A DNA stretch of 64,000 nt from Eukaryota sp. GEM-RC1 (taxonomy: Eukaryota): NCBI GenBank assembly GCA_040285855.1, contig JAUFOQ010000010.1, positions 124,001 to 188,000 of the forward strand. The letters are read 5' to 3'. The translations under genes were made by a program, and so were the position numbers. Below, piece by piece: positions 22,801-34,375 of this stretch (the first letter of the stretch is position 1; the number at the start of each line of letters is the position of its first letter). Below the pieces are notes generated by a model. That model saw nothing but the letters and a program-made list of their open reading frames with translations, made no database searches and had not been told where the DNA came from.

Positions 22801-25722
22801 AAAATTGAATCCGAAATTTCAGAAGAAGACAGCCAAATTTTAGAAGAAGGCAGTATTGAAAATGAAACTGGTGAACCTGAACTTGACCTTTTTACTAAAA
22901 TTCAAACTACCAAATTTGAATTACCAGACTGGGGAGCTTACTTTAAGTTGGGTCCAATGGGACAACTGTTGGCCATGATGTGGATTCCAAATCACCAATT
23001 TTTCAACAGTACTGATCATATTAAAACTGTGGAAAACTCGTTAAAAAACATCATTTCTAATGTTAAAACAACAACTACAAAGAAGGAGTTCGCCCAACAC
23101 TTCCTATCAAACTACATCCCTCTGTTAGAAACTGCTGGTGAAATGGTTGGTAAAGATAGGATCGTGTTTCCAAGTGGACTATATTTGGCTAATCCTCTCG
23201 GTTACGTTGCAACCGAAATTATTACTAATTATAAGAACAACATGAGCCAACACTTTCATGAGTATGTTTTTCAAGTCTTTAACTTGGTTACTCAAAAGAA
23301 AGAGAGAATGGAAGCTCTTACTGACAAAACCCAAAAACAAGAACTCTGTCAAAGGATTAATGAAGTTAGAGAACTGATCGTTAATGGGGAAATTTCCAAA
23401 ATTAATTTTGATGACAAGCAAGTTTTTACCAATCCGGAATCTCACTTGAGTATATTATTCTTCAATTATTTGTTTAATTATTTTGAAGGGAAGATGGAGA
23501 AAACGATCTACTATGCCGAAAAGAGTGATCCGTTATACTTTTTAAGTCATGCACTGTATTTGAACCGTCTCATTGAAGACTATTGTCCTGGTGTAAGAGC
23601 AAACAATCCTTTCCCATTGTCTAAATCTTTAATTCCAAATCATATCAGATTTGATACACAATGGTTTCATTTAATATTTAGGAAGGATATTCCCCATGCT
23701 GTTAACTATAATGATGTACGGAAAAATATTTGGGAATCCATTTTAAAACCAGGGGGGTATTCCAGAGTCATTATCCTATGACTTTAAATACACTTCAATT
23801 TCGTCAGACGGTTTAAGTTGTAGTTTATTAATGATGCGGAAAGATTTACTTGATGAAAATGGAAATACTCGTGAAAACGTAATAGCAATCGATCTTGCTT
23901 CAAATGAGCGTTATATTGATTCCTTAGGTATGACGGAAATTGAAGAACTGAATTTAAAATCTAAGAGAATTGTTGCTGTTGACCCCAACCAACATGATCT
24001 AATGTATTGTGCAAGTTTAAAAACTGATGAGGAAGAGAAGTGTGAGAAATTTGAAGTTGATGAAACAGAAAAATTGATAGAAAATGCAATGGTCAATGCT
24101 TGTGAAAATGTTACAGGAGTTGATCCAGATTCCTCAGGTGAGAAGGAAATTGAGCCCAAGCCAGTTACCCTAGTTAGAAAAAGAAAGATTGCTCCATTGT
24201 CTTCTAAAAAAAGAGGAAGTTTGAAAAAATGAAAAAACAATTAAATGATTGGAAGCAAGACACTAACCCACAACCTGTAAAGTGGAAAAATCGTGACAAA
24301 TGGAAGGTGTTCCGATACACTGCTGGGGAGAGAAAGGCAGATATTAACAAATCTAGATGGAAACCAAGAAAAAATCAGCCATCACAGTTCCAAAAAAATT
24401 GACAAAGAAACAAAAAAAGAAAAAAAGCTAAAAGGAACGAAAGAAAAAAAGAAATTTTGAAAAAAGTGAAAGGAAACGTGGCAACAGAGGAATTGTCAAA
24501 TTGACCGAAAGCGAACGATTACAGAGGTACTCAACTGAGTTTGAAAAGAGTGTGTGGAATGGTCAAAAAGTACTGGATTCCTACAGTTCTGATACTCCAA
24601 GAAGAAAATCATGCAAATTGGAAGAATTTTCAAGGTACATGGTTAACAATGAAGTTTTCTGTGCATTAATGAGATCAACCACAACTGGAAAAGCAACTGC
24701 TGAAGGATTACCTAAAAAGAAAGGACCATCTAAGAATCTATCTAAGAAAGGACCATCTAAGAATCTATCTAAGAAAGGACCATCAAAGAAACTACCTAAG
24801 ACAGGACCAACTCAACAAATACCTGCTGCAGCTGAAGGTCTTTATGAAGAGAAATTTTTTAGACGTAGACGCCTTACCCAATATTCAAGAAAAGAACGAA
24901 GTGAGCAAAACTTGGTCCACAGATTAGCTCTCCAATATGGTGATCCAGATGAAGTCGTTGTTGGTTTTGGGGATTGGAATGACGCTCTATTCCGAAGAAG
25001 AAGGGGTAAGGCAAGTACAGTAAAGGGTGCTACTCTTCGAAACTTACTAAGAAAATTTGGATTTAAAGTTTTCTTAGTTGATGAACTTATGACCGGCAAA
25101 TGTTGCTCTGCTTGTGCTGATGAAAACCAGGAAGGTATATGTTCTAGTCCTGACTTTGTCAAAGTCATTGATCCTCTATGGAAGAAGAAGTTACAGAAGG
25201 AGGAGAAGAAATTGAAAAAAGAAATTATGGAACACAATCAATTAGACCATGTTGTGAAACGTAATTTTGATGATGAATGGACCAAACAGTTGCCATTCAT
25301 GAAGGAAAGATTGAAGAGCAAAAAAGTCTCACCATGGGGCTTAGTTCAGTGTGCTAAATGTCATGTCCTCTGGAATAGAGACTTCAACTCTGCTTTTAAC
25401 ATTTATAACATTGTAAATGGAATTATCCAAGGTCAAGGTAGACCTACTGTCCTCGAGAGACCAAAATCTCAAACAATAACTATCGAGGATGGTGGGATTA
25501 CAGATCAGGTTCCCAAGAAGAAGAGTGTGAGTAAGTGTCAGTTTTGTCATATGGAAGGCCATACAACGGCAAAGTGTCCTCAAAGACCTGTGCCTCCTAA
25601 AAGTCCCTCGCAAATGTAGTGAATGTAGGCAACCAGGACATGATAGAAGAAATTGTCCAAATAAGGCCCAGAAAGATGTACCCAAAGACTCACAAGTAGA
25701 GAATGAAGAACCGGAATCCTGA
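19804..25722 (+). CDS. Frameshifted polyprotein: repeats, 2A, Ulp1/SENP protease, degenerate PolB exonuclease, Fanzor1-like RuvC nuclease, two CCHC knuckles
   Basis: Protease: HWGLLIID, FIDP, QKQTPNDCGVYV. Exonuclease-like: DPIVSIS...FTTEKSML...KPSLLISYD. Fanzor: ISSDGLSCSLL, RuvC-I IVAVDPN (D 23981), FRYT, FGDW, FLVDELMTGKCCSAC (E 25083), CAKC..LWNRDFNSAFNI (D 25380). Knuckles: CQFCHMEGHTTAKC and CSECRQPGHDRRNC. Frames join at 20551, ~22490, ~23755, ~24210, ~24370-24460 and ~25600. Confidence 0.85.
19840..20377 (+). repeat. 96-bp tandem repeat, ~5.6 copies, in frame as a 32-aa unit
   Basis: Units start at 19840, 19936, 20032, 20128, 20224 and 20320 and encode STSFPT(I/L)LHC(I/M)SCGRLAWGLTLALDASPASTY. 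Confidence 0.97.
20480..20569 (+). other. 2A/StopGo-like ribosomal skipping motif, split by one extra G at 20551
   Basis: GAC CTC ACC GCC GAC GGT GAC ATT [G] GAG TCC AAT CCA GGA CCG reads DLTADGDI-ESNPGP, matching the D(V/I)ExNPGP consensus. Confidence 0.8.
24713..24810 (+). repeat. 27-bp coding tandem repeat (KKGPSKNLS) inside the Fanzor region
   Basis: AAGAAAGGACCATCTAAGAATCTATCT repeated about 3.5 times. Confidence 0.85.
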
Positions 25723-25920
25723 ATCTTATAAGTTAGCTCGTCCTAAAAGGCTTGCAAATGAGTGGCACAATGTGTCAAACTGTGGTGATAGTGCATATAG
25801 GTGCATTTGAAATGAAATCCACAGGAGTGAAAGGCACTTTCCTTGTTCACTTTGTGTCTTGGCAAACTGCTTTGAATTCTGTCATCTTGTTTAGACTTCA
25901 ACTATATCTGGCGTTTTATT
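25723..25920 (+). ncRNA. Candidate Fanzor omegaRNA scaffold
   Basis: Lies directly 3' of the nuclease stop. Stems: TGGCAC/GTGTCA, CTGTGG (25780)/CCACAG (25819) enclosing GTGCAT-ATAG-GTGCAT, and AGTGAA-AGG...CCTT-G-TTCACT. Boundaries are uncertain. Confidence 0.45.
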
Positions 25921-26177
25921 GAAATCACAGTTCTCAGTTCTTGAGATTTACTTCTATGATTAGTTTAATCTGCGACATTGCGTAGAAAAGAAATTAAGAG
26001 ACATGCCTAAAATTGGGAGGGGACATGCGTAATAATTCTCATGATTAATTGAAAAAGTCTTTCCTTTTCTAAAATAGTAAATACATATTTTGTTTTTAAA
26101 TTGTTGCTAACTCGCAGTTTTCTCTCTTTAAAGAAATTCCCCAACATTAGTTAATTCTTCTTTCCGTTCTATTTCCA

Positions 26178-26324
26178 ATGCCCTGCACTAAATCTATCAA
26201 AGAACATACCAGACTCATTGAAGAATCAGCAGCCACAATCATACAAGCAGCAGCAAGAGGACATGAAACCAGACGAAAGTTCAAACAAACAACAAGTAGT
26301 TCATTCAAAGAACAACGACAATAA
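26178..26324 (+). CDS. 48-aa IQ-motif micropeptide
   Basis: MPCTKSIKEHTRLIEESAATIIQAAARGHETRRKFKQTTSSSFKEQRQ*, containing a canonical IQxxxRGxxxR. Too short to appear in the ORF track. Confidence 0.6.
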   Translation: MPCTKSIKEHTRLIEESAATIIQAAARGHETRRKFKQTTSSSFKEQRQ

Positions 26325-26349
26325 CATTTTTTATGGATATACAGATAAA

Positions 26350-26901
26350 TTATCTACTTACAGCATGTTTGACCAACCAATGTAGTACATTGTCAATTCG
26401 AGTCATATTTTTACAAGATATATCATAGCAGTCCACTTGTCTATCTGTTATGCTGTCCAAACCAAGAACTTCTACCAACTGAGTTGCAGACAATGCATTT
26501 GGAAGATCGTTCTTGTTACCTAGAACTAATACTGGGATGTTGGCCAGGGAAGCTTTGGAGAGCAAGCTGTGGAGGGCCTCTTTGGAGTCAGCATGGGTAT
26601 CGTGAGCAGCAGAGTCCACCATGTACACAATAGCATTGGTTCCTCTGCAATAACGTTCCCATTGACTTCGGAACCTCGATTGGCCACCAACGTCCCACAG
26701 CTTGATACTGACGTTACCACGTTGGACACGTTGTACTTGAAAGCCGACTGTGGGTATTGTATTGACAGAAAACTCACCAGTAGCACAGACGTTGACGAAA
26801 GTTGTTTTTCCGGAATTGGCAAGACCAACAAGACTAAGTTCCAGTTCCTGTTTCCAGAAGAGTGTTTTAAGCCATTCAAGGAGGCGTGCAAAGAGGTTCA
26901 T
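26350..26901 (-). CDS. ARL8: ADP-ribosylation factor-like GTPase Arl8
   Basis: [50 protein letters not shown] and LGNKND are characteristic of Arl8. Confidence 0.95.
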   Translation of the reverse strand: MNLFARLLEWLKTLFWKQELELSLVGLANSGKTTFVNVCATGEFSVNTIPTVGFQVQRVQRGNVSIKLWDVGGQSRFRSQWERYCRGTNAIVYMVDSAAHDTHADSKEALHSLLSKASLANIPVLVLGNKNDLPNALSATQLVEVLGLDSITDRQVDCYDISCKNMTRIDNVLHWLVKHAVSR

Positions 26902-28414
26902 AAGGAACAGGAAGTTGGCTTCAGAAAAAGTAAATGAACTTTCGGTCTGGTGCATTTGTATATTGTTCCTGTGTACTGACTTTTACACACTTCTAAATAC
27001 GGATGCCCGTAGTAACGGTTTGATGATACTTATTCACATTGTTTCTAAGCGTTTTTGGCTACTGTTCTAGTGTTGCTTGAGTTTTCAGTGACATTAAAAC
27101 AAAACAAAACAAATAAATACCAAATTAACAAGTGAACACAAATCCAATTCGTTGTCAATTATGACCATACAATCTGCCTAATGATGTCCAGTGAAACAAA
27201 TATTTCACTGAATGTTTCATCGTTTACTGAGTTGTAACCATTACATTACTATAAGTATTTGTTCTTCTAATTAGCATACTAATTCAGGACTTTGAACATG
27301 TCTAGAATTATCTTCTATCTGTCATGAAACCTAACCAGGTTACTACTAGAAAGGTTCACTTCCTTTTCAGTAGGAACCTTCCTAGTAGTACACTGAAAGC
27401 TACTGAAACAGTCCCGTTGAATCGACTTCACAACAAGGATGTTCCTGTTCAGCACTGTGATTTAATCCACTCATTATTCACAATTAAATATTAAAATTGG
27501 TACTTTTTTTGAGACACATATACCAAAAACCAAACGGCAGAGAAATTCAAATTTTTGAAAGCATCATTTTGTTCTTAAATGCCCGATCTACCACAATTAT
27601 CCGCAACTGCTCTGCAGATACGTCAGAATCTTGAAAGACTTTTTCTCTGCCTGTGCTGGAAGCACCCTAGATCAAAAGATATCTTCATCCAATGCCCCAG
27701 ACGGAGATAAACCGAAATACCATGAAATACGACAGTGGACTAACAAAATCATTCACAACTCAGCAACCGATCTTCGGAAAGAAAGAGGAAAAGCTAAGGA
27801 ATATCAAGACTTCTTGAAGTATAAGAGGAGTTTCAAGTAATCTGATCTCTCCCCTTTCTATCCTCGAAGAAATCAGTGAACAGTCTTTGCACAGTCCTCA
27901 GTTTCTTCTTTGTACATCACTTCTACTTAATAAATTGCCTTGTCCTTGGTGAAAAGGTCTGTTTTTCAAGACACTTTACATTTCTTCACCTCTTTCAAGG
28001 ATTAGTGAAGTATCTAGATACATGTATCAAGAACTTCACATCAAATAGGTTTTATATCAAACAAGACAAAACGGGAGAGCCAGAAGGAACAACAAAAAGC
28101 TTTCTCACTGATAAACAATGAACAAAAATGAGATAATAATTAATAATTGATTGTATAAAACGTTTTTTGATTTTTTGGAACTGATTTCAATGAAATTACA
28201 GTTACATGTACACGTAGGTTGTTATCTTTCCATTCAGGTCATTAATTCAGTTCTAACTTCTAGTTATGTTATTATTGAGAAGTCTAATATGATGAAATTT
28301 GCGAAAAATGTTCATCCAAACAAGCCCTTTGAAAACCGTTTCCACAGAACAGTATTTGTTTGACACTGTTTAAAATTGAAAAATTTCAACTTACAAAGAA
28401 CTACTAGTGCTTCA

Positions 28415-30650
28415 ATGACTCACATCGATTTCCCAGACAGCTTCTTATGTCCAATACACATGGGTTTACTTCTTGATCCCGTTGTTTTGACTTGTGGCCA
28501 TTCATTTTGTAAGGAATGTGTTCAACAGTGGATGATCCACAAGCAGACTTGTCCTACATGTAGAAAACCAACTCAGGGTCGACATCTTGCAAAGAACTAT
28601 CAACTTAGAGATCTCATTCGTGATGTACTTCAACATAATGTGATACGACCAACAGATCTCAAAAAAGTGTCTCAAATGATTCGTACACCACGCGCTACTG
28701 TTGATGTTGGTATTTACAATAGACGTGAAATCATCTGGAAGAGGCCATTCTATTCTGAAGCAGACATTGAAAAAGTCAAGGAAGCCGTTTCCAGTATCCA
28801 CCGTACCTTCAAAGCTCTAAACTCTCCTAGTAATGTTGTGAATGTATTAGGTATAACTCTTGATCCTCCTGGTATTGTACAAGAACGTCTGAGTTGTTCT
28901 CTTCAAGATTTCTTCAACTCAAAGACGCTCATCAGTGAAGACAAAGCCAATATCATCATAGAAGACATAACTTCCGCTCTCCTATCTTTTCATACTGCTT
29001 CTTTTGTCCATCGAGACATTTCTGCTGGAAATGTATTGCTACAAGTACGTAACCATGACATCATACTTGCTAAACTTGGAGATTATGACGATTCCCGTGC
29101 ATCCGATGCCACCCTAACTCAATCTACACTCGGAACAGTCGCTTACATGGCCCCAGAAGTACTGTTGGGGAAATGTCTCAAAGCCAGTACCGAAGCAGAC
29201 ATCTTCTCTCTTGGAGTTTTGTTCTGGGGAGTCTTAACTAACAAAGATCCTTCTAAAGTCGTTTCCATATCCGCCCGCCTTCAAGCTGATAGAATCACCA
29301 GACAGGGTTCCGCTCTAATTGACTTAGACTTACTGTCAAGAAAATGGAAAGTATTGGTCAGATCGATGGTTAGCATTGAACCCAAGGAAAGACCAAAAAT
29401 AGACACCGTACTTGAGAATGTCAAACGATTGCTTAATGACGTGACGATAGGACAAAGTAATACTTCAGCTGAAGAATTGTACAGTCGTGGTCAAAGATAC
29501 TATAACAATGGAAAATATGCTCTGGCTATACATTGGTTTACAAAAGCTTCTGCTTTAGATCACGCAGAAGCCATGTATAAACTAGGTTTTTGCTATTATA
29601 CCGGAAAAGGGACAGACGAAGACCCAAAACAGGCAGTTATTTGGTTTCAAAAATCATCTTTTTTGGTAATTCTCGTGCTATGAATGCCTTAGCTGAGTGT
29701 TTTAAAACTGGGAAGGGATTCAAGGAAAAGACAATGACCAAGCTGTTTTTTGGTATGAACGGTCGGCTTCCCTAGGCAATACTAAGGCTATGTTTACTCT
29801 GGGGCTGTGGCTTAGTTCAGGGATAAGAGTTTTAAAGGATTTGAACAAGGCTTTTCAATGGTTTCCAAAAGGCTGCTGATTTGGGTCACGCGTATTCAAT
29901 GTATAATTTAGGGTCTTGTTATTACAATGGACATGGAGTTGCAAGGAATTATCAACAAGCAGTTCATTGGTATACAAAAGCTTCTGATAATGGCAATGCT
30001 GAAGCTATGTTTTCATTAGGAAAATGTTATTTATTTGGTCAAGGAGTATCCAAGAATTTTGGACAAGCCGTTCATTTGTTTAGAAAAGCTTCTGATAATG
30101 GTAATGCTGAAGCCATGTTTTCATTAGGTGATTGTTATCAATTTGGTATTGGAATTTCAAAAGATTCAATTATGGCTATTCATTGGTATAAAAGAAGTGC
30201 AGATGCCGGCAATTCTACTTCAATGAATAGTCTTGGAAATTGTTATTATAATGGTGTTGGAGTTTCAAAGGATTATAAGCATGCAGTTTATTGGTTTCCA
30301 AAAAGTCCTCTAGGCTAGGTAATGCTGAATCAAAATCTAATTTAGGCAAGTGTTATTATAGTGGTAATGGAGTTTCCCAGGATTTCAAAAAAGCATTTGA
30401 TCTGTTTAAACAATCTGCAGACCTTGGGTATTCTGATGCAATGTACTTTGTGGGTTACTGCTATTATAATGGAAAAGGAGTGGCAAAAGAGTTTGAAAAG
30501 GCCATTCTGTGGTTTGCAAAGGCTGCAAAATTAGGTAATTCTTATGCTCGCGGTATACTTCAAAACTATTACACTTTAAAAGGTGGACAAAATTTAATAT
30601 TTTGGATACTAATCTTTTCGCCACTGTTTTTGTTAAGGATGTTTCTATGA
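28415..30650 (+). CDS. RING finger, protein kinase and Sel1-repeat protein, frameshifted in the Sel1 region
   Basis: RING (CPIH...CGHSFCKEC...CPTC), kinase (HRDISAGN, DYD, GTVAYMAPE), multiple Sel1 repeats (LG.CYY.G.GV..D...A..W) and a hydrophobic C-terminus. Confidence 0.88.
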
Positions 30651-30849
30651 GTAATTTGATGACTATGACTTTAATGTTAATGCATTAGTTCTGCTTTTTA
30701 ATTTAGTTGAATTTATTTAATACTAGTATATGTTTTCATAACTTTTATTTTGATATGTATTTATTTCTCAAAACTTTGACTTTGTACTGTGACATCAAAT
30801 TGATCCTTCAAAATTTAGTAAGATACAATAATTTTATTCTCAAAATTTT

Positions 30850-31017
30850 AGTGACAACAACATTATAGTGTTCATACTTCTAATAATCTATGTCCTCAAA
30901 GTCCAGATTGCCTATCTCGAAATTCTCACCTACCTTATCCTCATAATGTCTGCCAAGAGATAATAAAGCGCTAGATACAGAAGTCACCATACCTTTAAAG
31001 ATAGCAAACACAATTCC
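30850..31017 (-). mobile_element. 3' end fragment of CRE-like family B
   Basis: Reverse complement of ~45795-45955. Confidence 0.75.
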
Positions 31018-31809
31018 TAATTTTGCGGTGCCTTATACTGTAATTTTGGTTGGTGAACTAAGTATTTTCAAAAACTGTGCTCAAAATTTTGGAAGAAGTT
31101 CAACTGTTCGAGAATAGTACGAGTAGATTTGCTTTCTCACTCTTGAGCATAGCGGAGCATCCCACTGCCGTGACACCAACAACCACACTGCCATTACATA
31201 ATTTCACCCACAGTTGGAAAATAGACGTAGGTTTAACAGAATACATAAACTGTTGAATACAGTCATAATCCAAAGCAATTGGTCATTCACTTCTCTTTTT
31301 TAAAGGTCATCACTTTTGACTTAATTTGTTTTCAACAACGTCAAAAACTATCTTCTTGGCCGATTTAAAGATGTTACTATTGTCATGACGTCATGACAAG
31401 CTATGCTTTTGGAGTCAATATGTTGGTTCTATTTTGGCAAGTTGTTTAGTAACAACTACAAGTACTTGTCAGAAATGGTTAGTTTGAGTGTTTTTGTGTT
31501 GGAGAAGGGTACCCCTGAAGAAAAGTTCTATAAAAAGTGTACAACTTTTGAAATTTCACGTGGGCTCTTTTACATTCTTTCTTAGCCTAAAGAAATTTAC
31601 TATTTTCAATTTTTGAGGACTCTAGAATGTTTGCGGGGGGTTTCAATGTCTAATTCTTTTCAATGACGGTCTTGCACGTTATCTAGTAAGTTGATGTGTT
31701 TTTAACATTATGACTTTGAGATTCCGTATAATCCAAGGTTTAACTCTTTCTTTTCTTTGAAAGAAAGACAGTTTACATATGTTTTTTCAGTTCAAGTTCA
31801 ACTTTTAGC

Positions 31810-31976
31810 TCAAGTACAACCGTTTTCTGAAGTTGTTGGAGTCCGCATCAACAAGACCTCCTCCCGTTTCAGATAAATACTTATTTCTGGATTTGGAAAT
31901 GACTGGTCTTTATCCTGAACGCCATACAATTGTTGAATGGACACTCATTGTTACTGATAAACAATTCAACTTTTAG
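31810..31976 (+). pseudogene. Oligoribonuclease (Orn/REXO2-like) N-terminal fragment
   Basis: YLFLDLEMTGLYPERHTIVEWTLIVTDKQFN matches the Orn DLEMTGL...IIE...VTD motif, then stops. Confidence 0.6.
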
Positions 31977-32329
31977 CTAAAAGTGAGGTCCAACAATGTA
32001 AATACCGATGGTAGTCTTTTAACAAGAAATTTAAAATAAGTTAAAACATATTTTTTTGAATATATTCTGAATGAAGGTTCTGCTTTTTGACGTGAAGATT
32101 CCCACAAGGGACTGTAGTTTAAGTCAATGACGTCAGAATAACAGAATTTTTAAAATTCAGTAAATATTCCAGAATCATCAGCATAGGCGAACTATAATAT
32201 TACCTAGAACACAATAGGTTTAAAAAAACTAAATTTTTGGAAAAAAACTATAAAACTACATCCTGCAAGATTCAAAAGCAGAAAAGATTCAAAAAAACAA
32301 GAATAATCAAGTTAAAAGAATCACAAAAA

Positions 32330-33413
32330 TTACACACTTTTAAATTTTCTTTTCAATTTCAATTGCCTCAAATATTCCGCGTGTTCTGCCATTTGTTTAA
32401 AATTTAAAAATCTTTGCACTCTTTTAATATTTCTAAAAAGAAACGGACGAGACATCCTACTCAATTGTTTCACGTGATCTGCTTTTGAATCATCAATTTG
32501 TTTCCAAATCACACAAAAAATTCAATGGATTTGGCAAGAAGTCAAAGTAAGGATCACTTACTTCAATTTTTTTAAATAAAGTTTTCCTACAATTATGACT
32601 CCCACAAAAACAATTAACTTTAACATAAGTCTCTGTAAACTTGTAATCAAAAGTAATCTCTTCCCCTGCTTTGATTGCTCTTTTACTTACTATTAGAGCT
32701 CTTAAAAGTCCATCTACTGTCCACACTTCCACTTCACAGTTAGGGTCACACGAGTGATTGATGAACCTTGCAAAAGACCCTCGATGTTTAGCATCAATAA
32801 CTAGCCCATGTCCAAGAGAAAGTAAGTAACAAGGGGAAGACTTTGCTACTAACTTGGCTAGTCTTCGTTGTGCCAAATCATTGGATATTACCTCGCCAAT
32901 ATACTCCATAATAAAGGTATTGGGTTTAATGAAAACTTTAGAAGTTAATCCAAAGCCCTTGTCTTTGAACTTCTCCACAGCAAAACATCTCTTATGGGAG
33001 TCGAGTTGAGACTTAATGGTAGAGCTGTAAGAGTTTCTGCAAGACGATCCAGCAGGGCAGTGAGATGGACAAGTAGTTTTGACAAGGAAGTTGAGGCAAG
33101 AGGTGTTGAAACAAGAACTTCCTTTAGGGCATTCACATGTCGGATTCGGGAAGGAATCGGGCTTAGATTCTATATAGTAATTCTGGCGGATGGTTTGGAA
33201 TTTAGGAAACTTAGAAGATGTCAGATCGGAAGAAGTAGCTGAAGTTTGAGGTGGTTGAAGAATACGACGACGACAAGGGAAATTGTAGTCTGATGAAGAG
33301 ACTCCAGAAGTAGGAGGTGTTGAACAGGTATCGTAGGTATAATCATACACTATATCGTACTCATACTGTGTTCCAGTACTTGCTGATGAAGTACCGGAAT
33401 TAGGACGAGACAT
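32330..33413 (-). CDS. AWS-SET-postSET histone lysine methyltransferase (Set2/Ash1-like)
   Basis: Cys-rich AWS, KGFGL, EYIGEVI, ARFINHSCDPNC, GEEITFDY and CFCGSHNCR. The C-terminus probably continues in ORF 32330..32512. Confidence 0.92.
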
Positions 33414-33564
33414 TCTTGATGGGAGGTTTCTGAATTTCTTTAATCGAGGACATTAATACAATTGGAGATTCATACATCATTGTTTTTTCTCATAAATGTG
33501 TATTCTATATTAAGCCATCAGTGTTAAAAAGACATCAATTTTTTATCGTTACCATACAACGCAA

Positions 33565-33925
33565 ATTTATTCGGTACCCAATAAGGTAACCTTCCTACAA
33601 AACTATGAAATTGCAAAAACAAAGAAATAATACTAAGATTAAATCCAAACGACTTCATCACCACCCGGTAAAAGATTACGTTTATCAACATTAACCGTCA
33701 CCCCAAACATGTACAATATCTCAATTTATCGAGAGAAATAGAAAGGCATATTCCGATATGTGGAAAACACTAAACGGATTTTCCATTCAGCCATACTAAA
33801 CTTACGCTTCTTTTCTTTACACAGTTCTTCGATATCCTTGAAAAATTGATCACCAGCAGGACTAATATGTCCAAAAAAAGAAGCAGCAAAAGGCTGTAAT
33901 ACAAATTTGGAATATGAGTCATTAC
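33565..33925 (-). mobile_element. 3' end of CRE-like family A
   Basis: QPFAASFFG...W codons followed by the family 3' UTR ...GTAGGAAGGTTACCTTATTGGGTACCGAATAAA. Confidence 0.8.
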
Positions 33926-34375
33926 CATTGTATTCAAACAAATAATTACGTAACAACAACTTTGAAAATCCCTTTAAAGCTGGAACTTGGAAATGGTCTA
34001 CAGTAGTATAACTAATTCTACTAATAACTCTAATTCTCAATAATGCGAATAGTGTTTAGTAAAACCCAAGAGATAGTAATGTGTGAGACCAATCTTAGAT
34101 CACAAAATCTAAATTCTAGATATAATTTCCGTTCTGTACAAAGTTTTCTTAAAGAAAAACGTTTCACTAATGATTCACCGTAAAAACAGTAAGTTTCATT
34201 CGAACTTACTTTTTATAAGAAAGTTTGTGTTGCAAACTACTACAAATTGTTGCAATAGGATTGTTGCATTCTCGGTCTTTGATCTTCACATTTAAATTTT
34301 GAAACATTTGAAAAAGTGTCCTATTTTGGCGAGTTTCAAAAGAATACACAAGAGATAACAAACAATTTATAATAT

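Noticed and set aside
22480..25610. Programmed ribosomal frameshifting at the Fanzor junctions
   Set aside because: Similar single-base breaks disrupt ordinary host genes (glucosidase II beta, cyclase, NCKX), so sequencing error is the simpler explanation.
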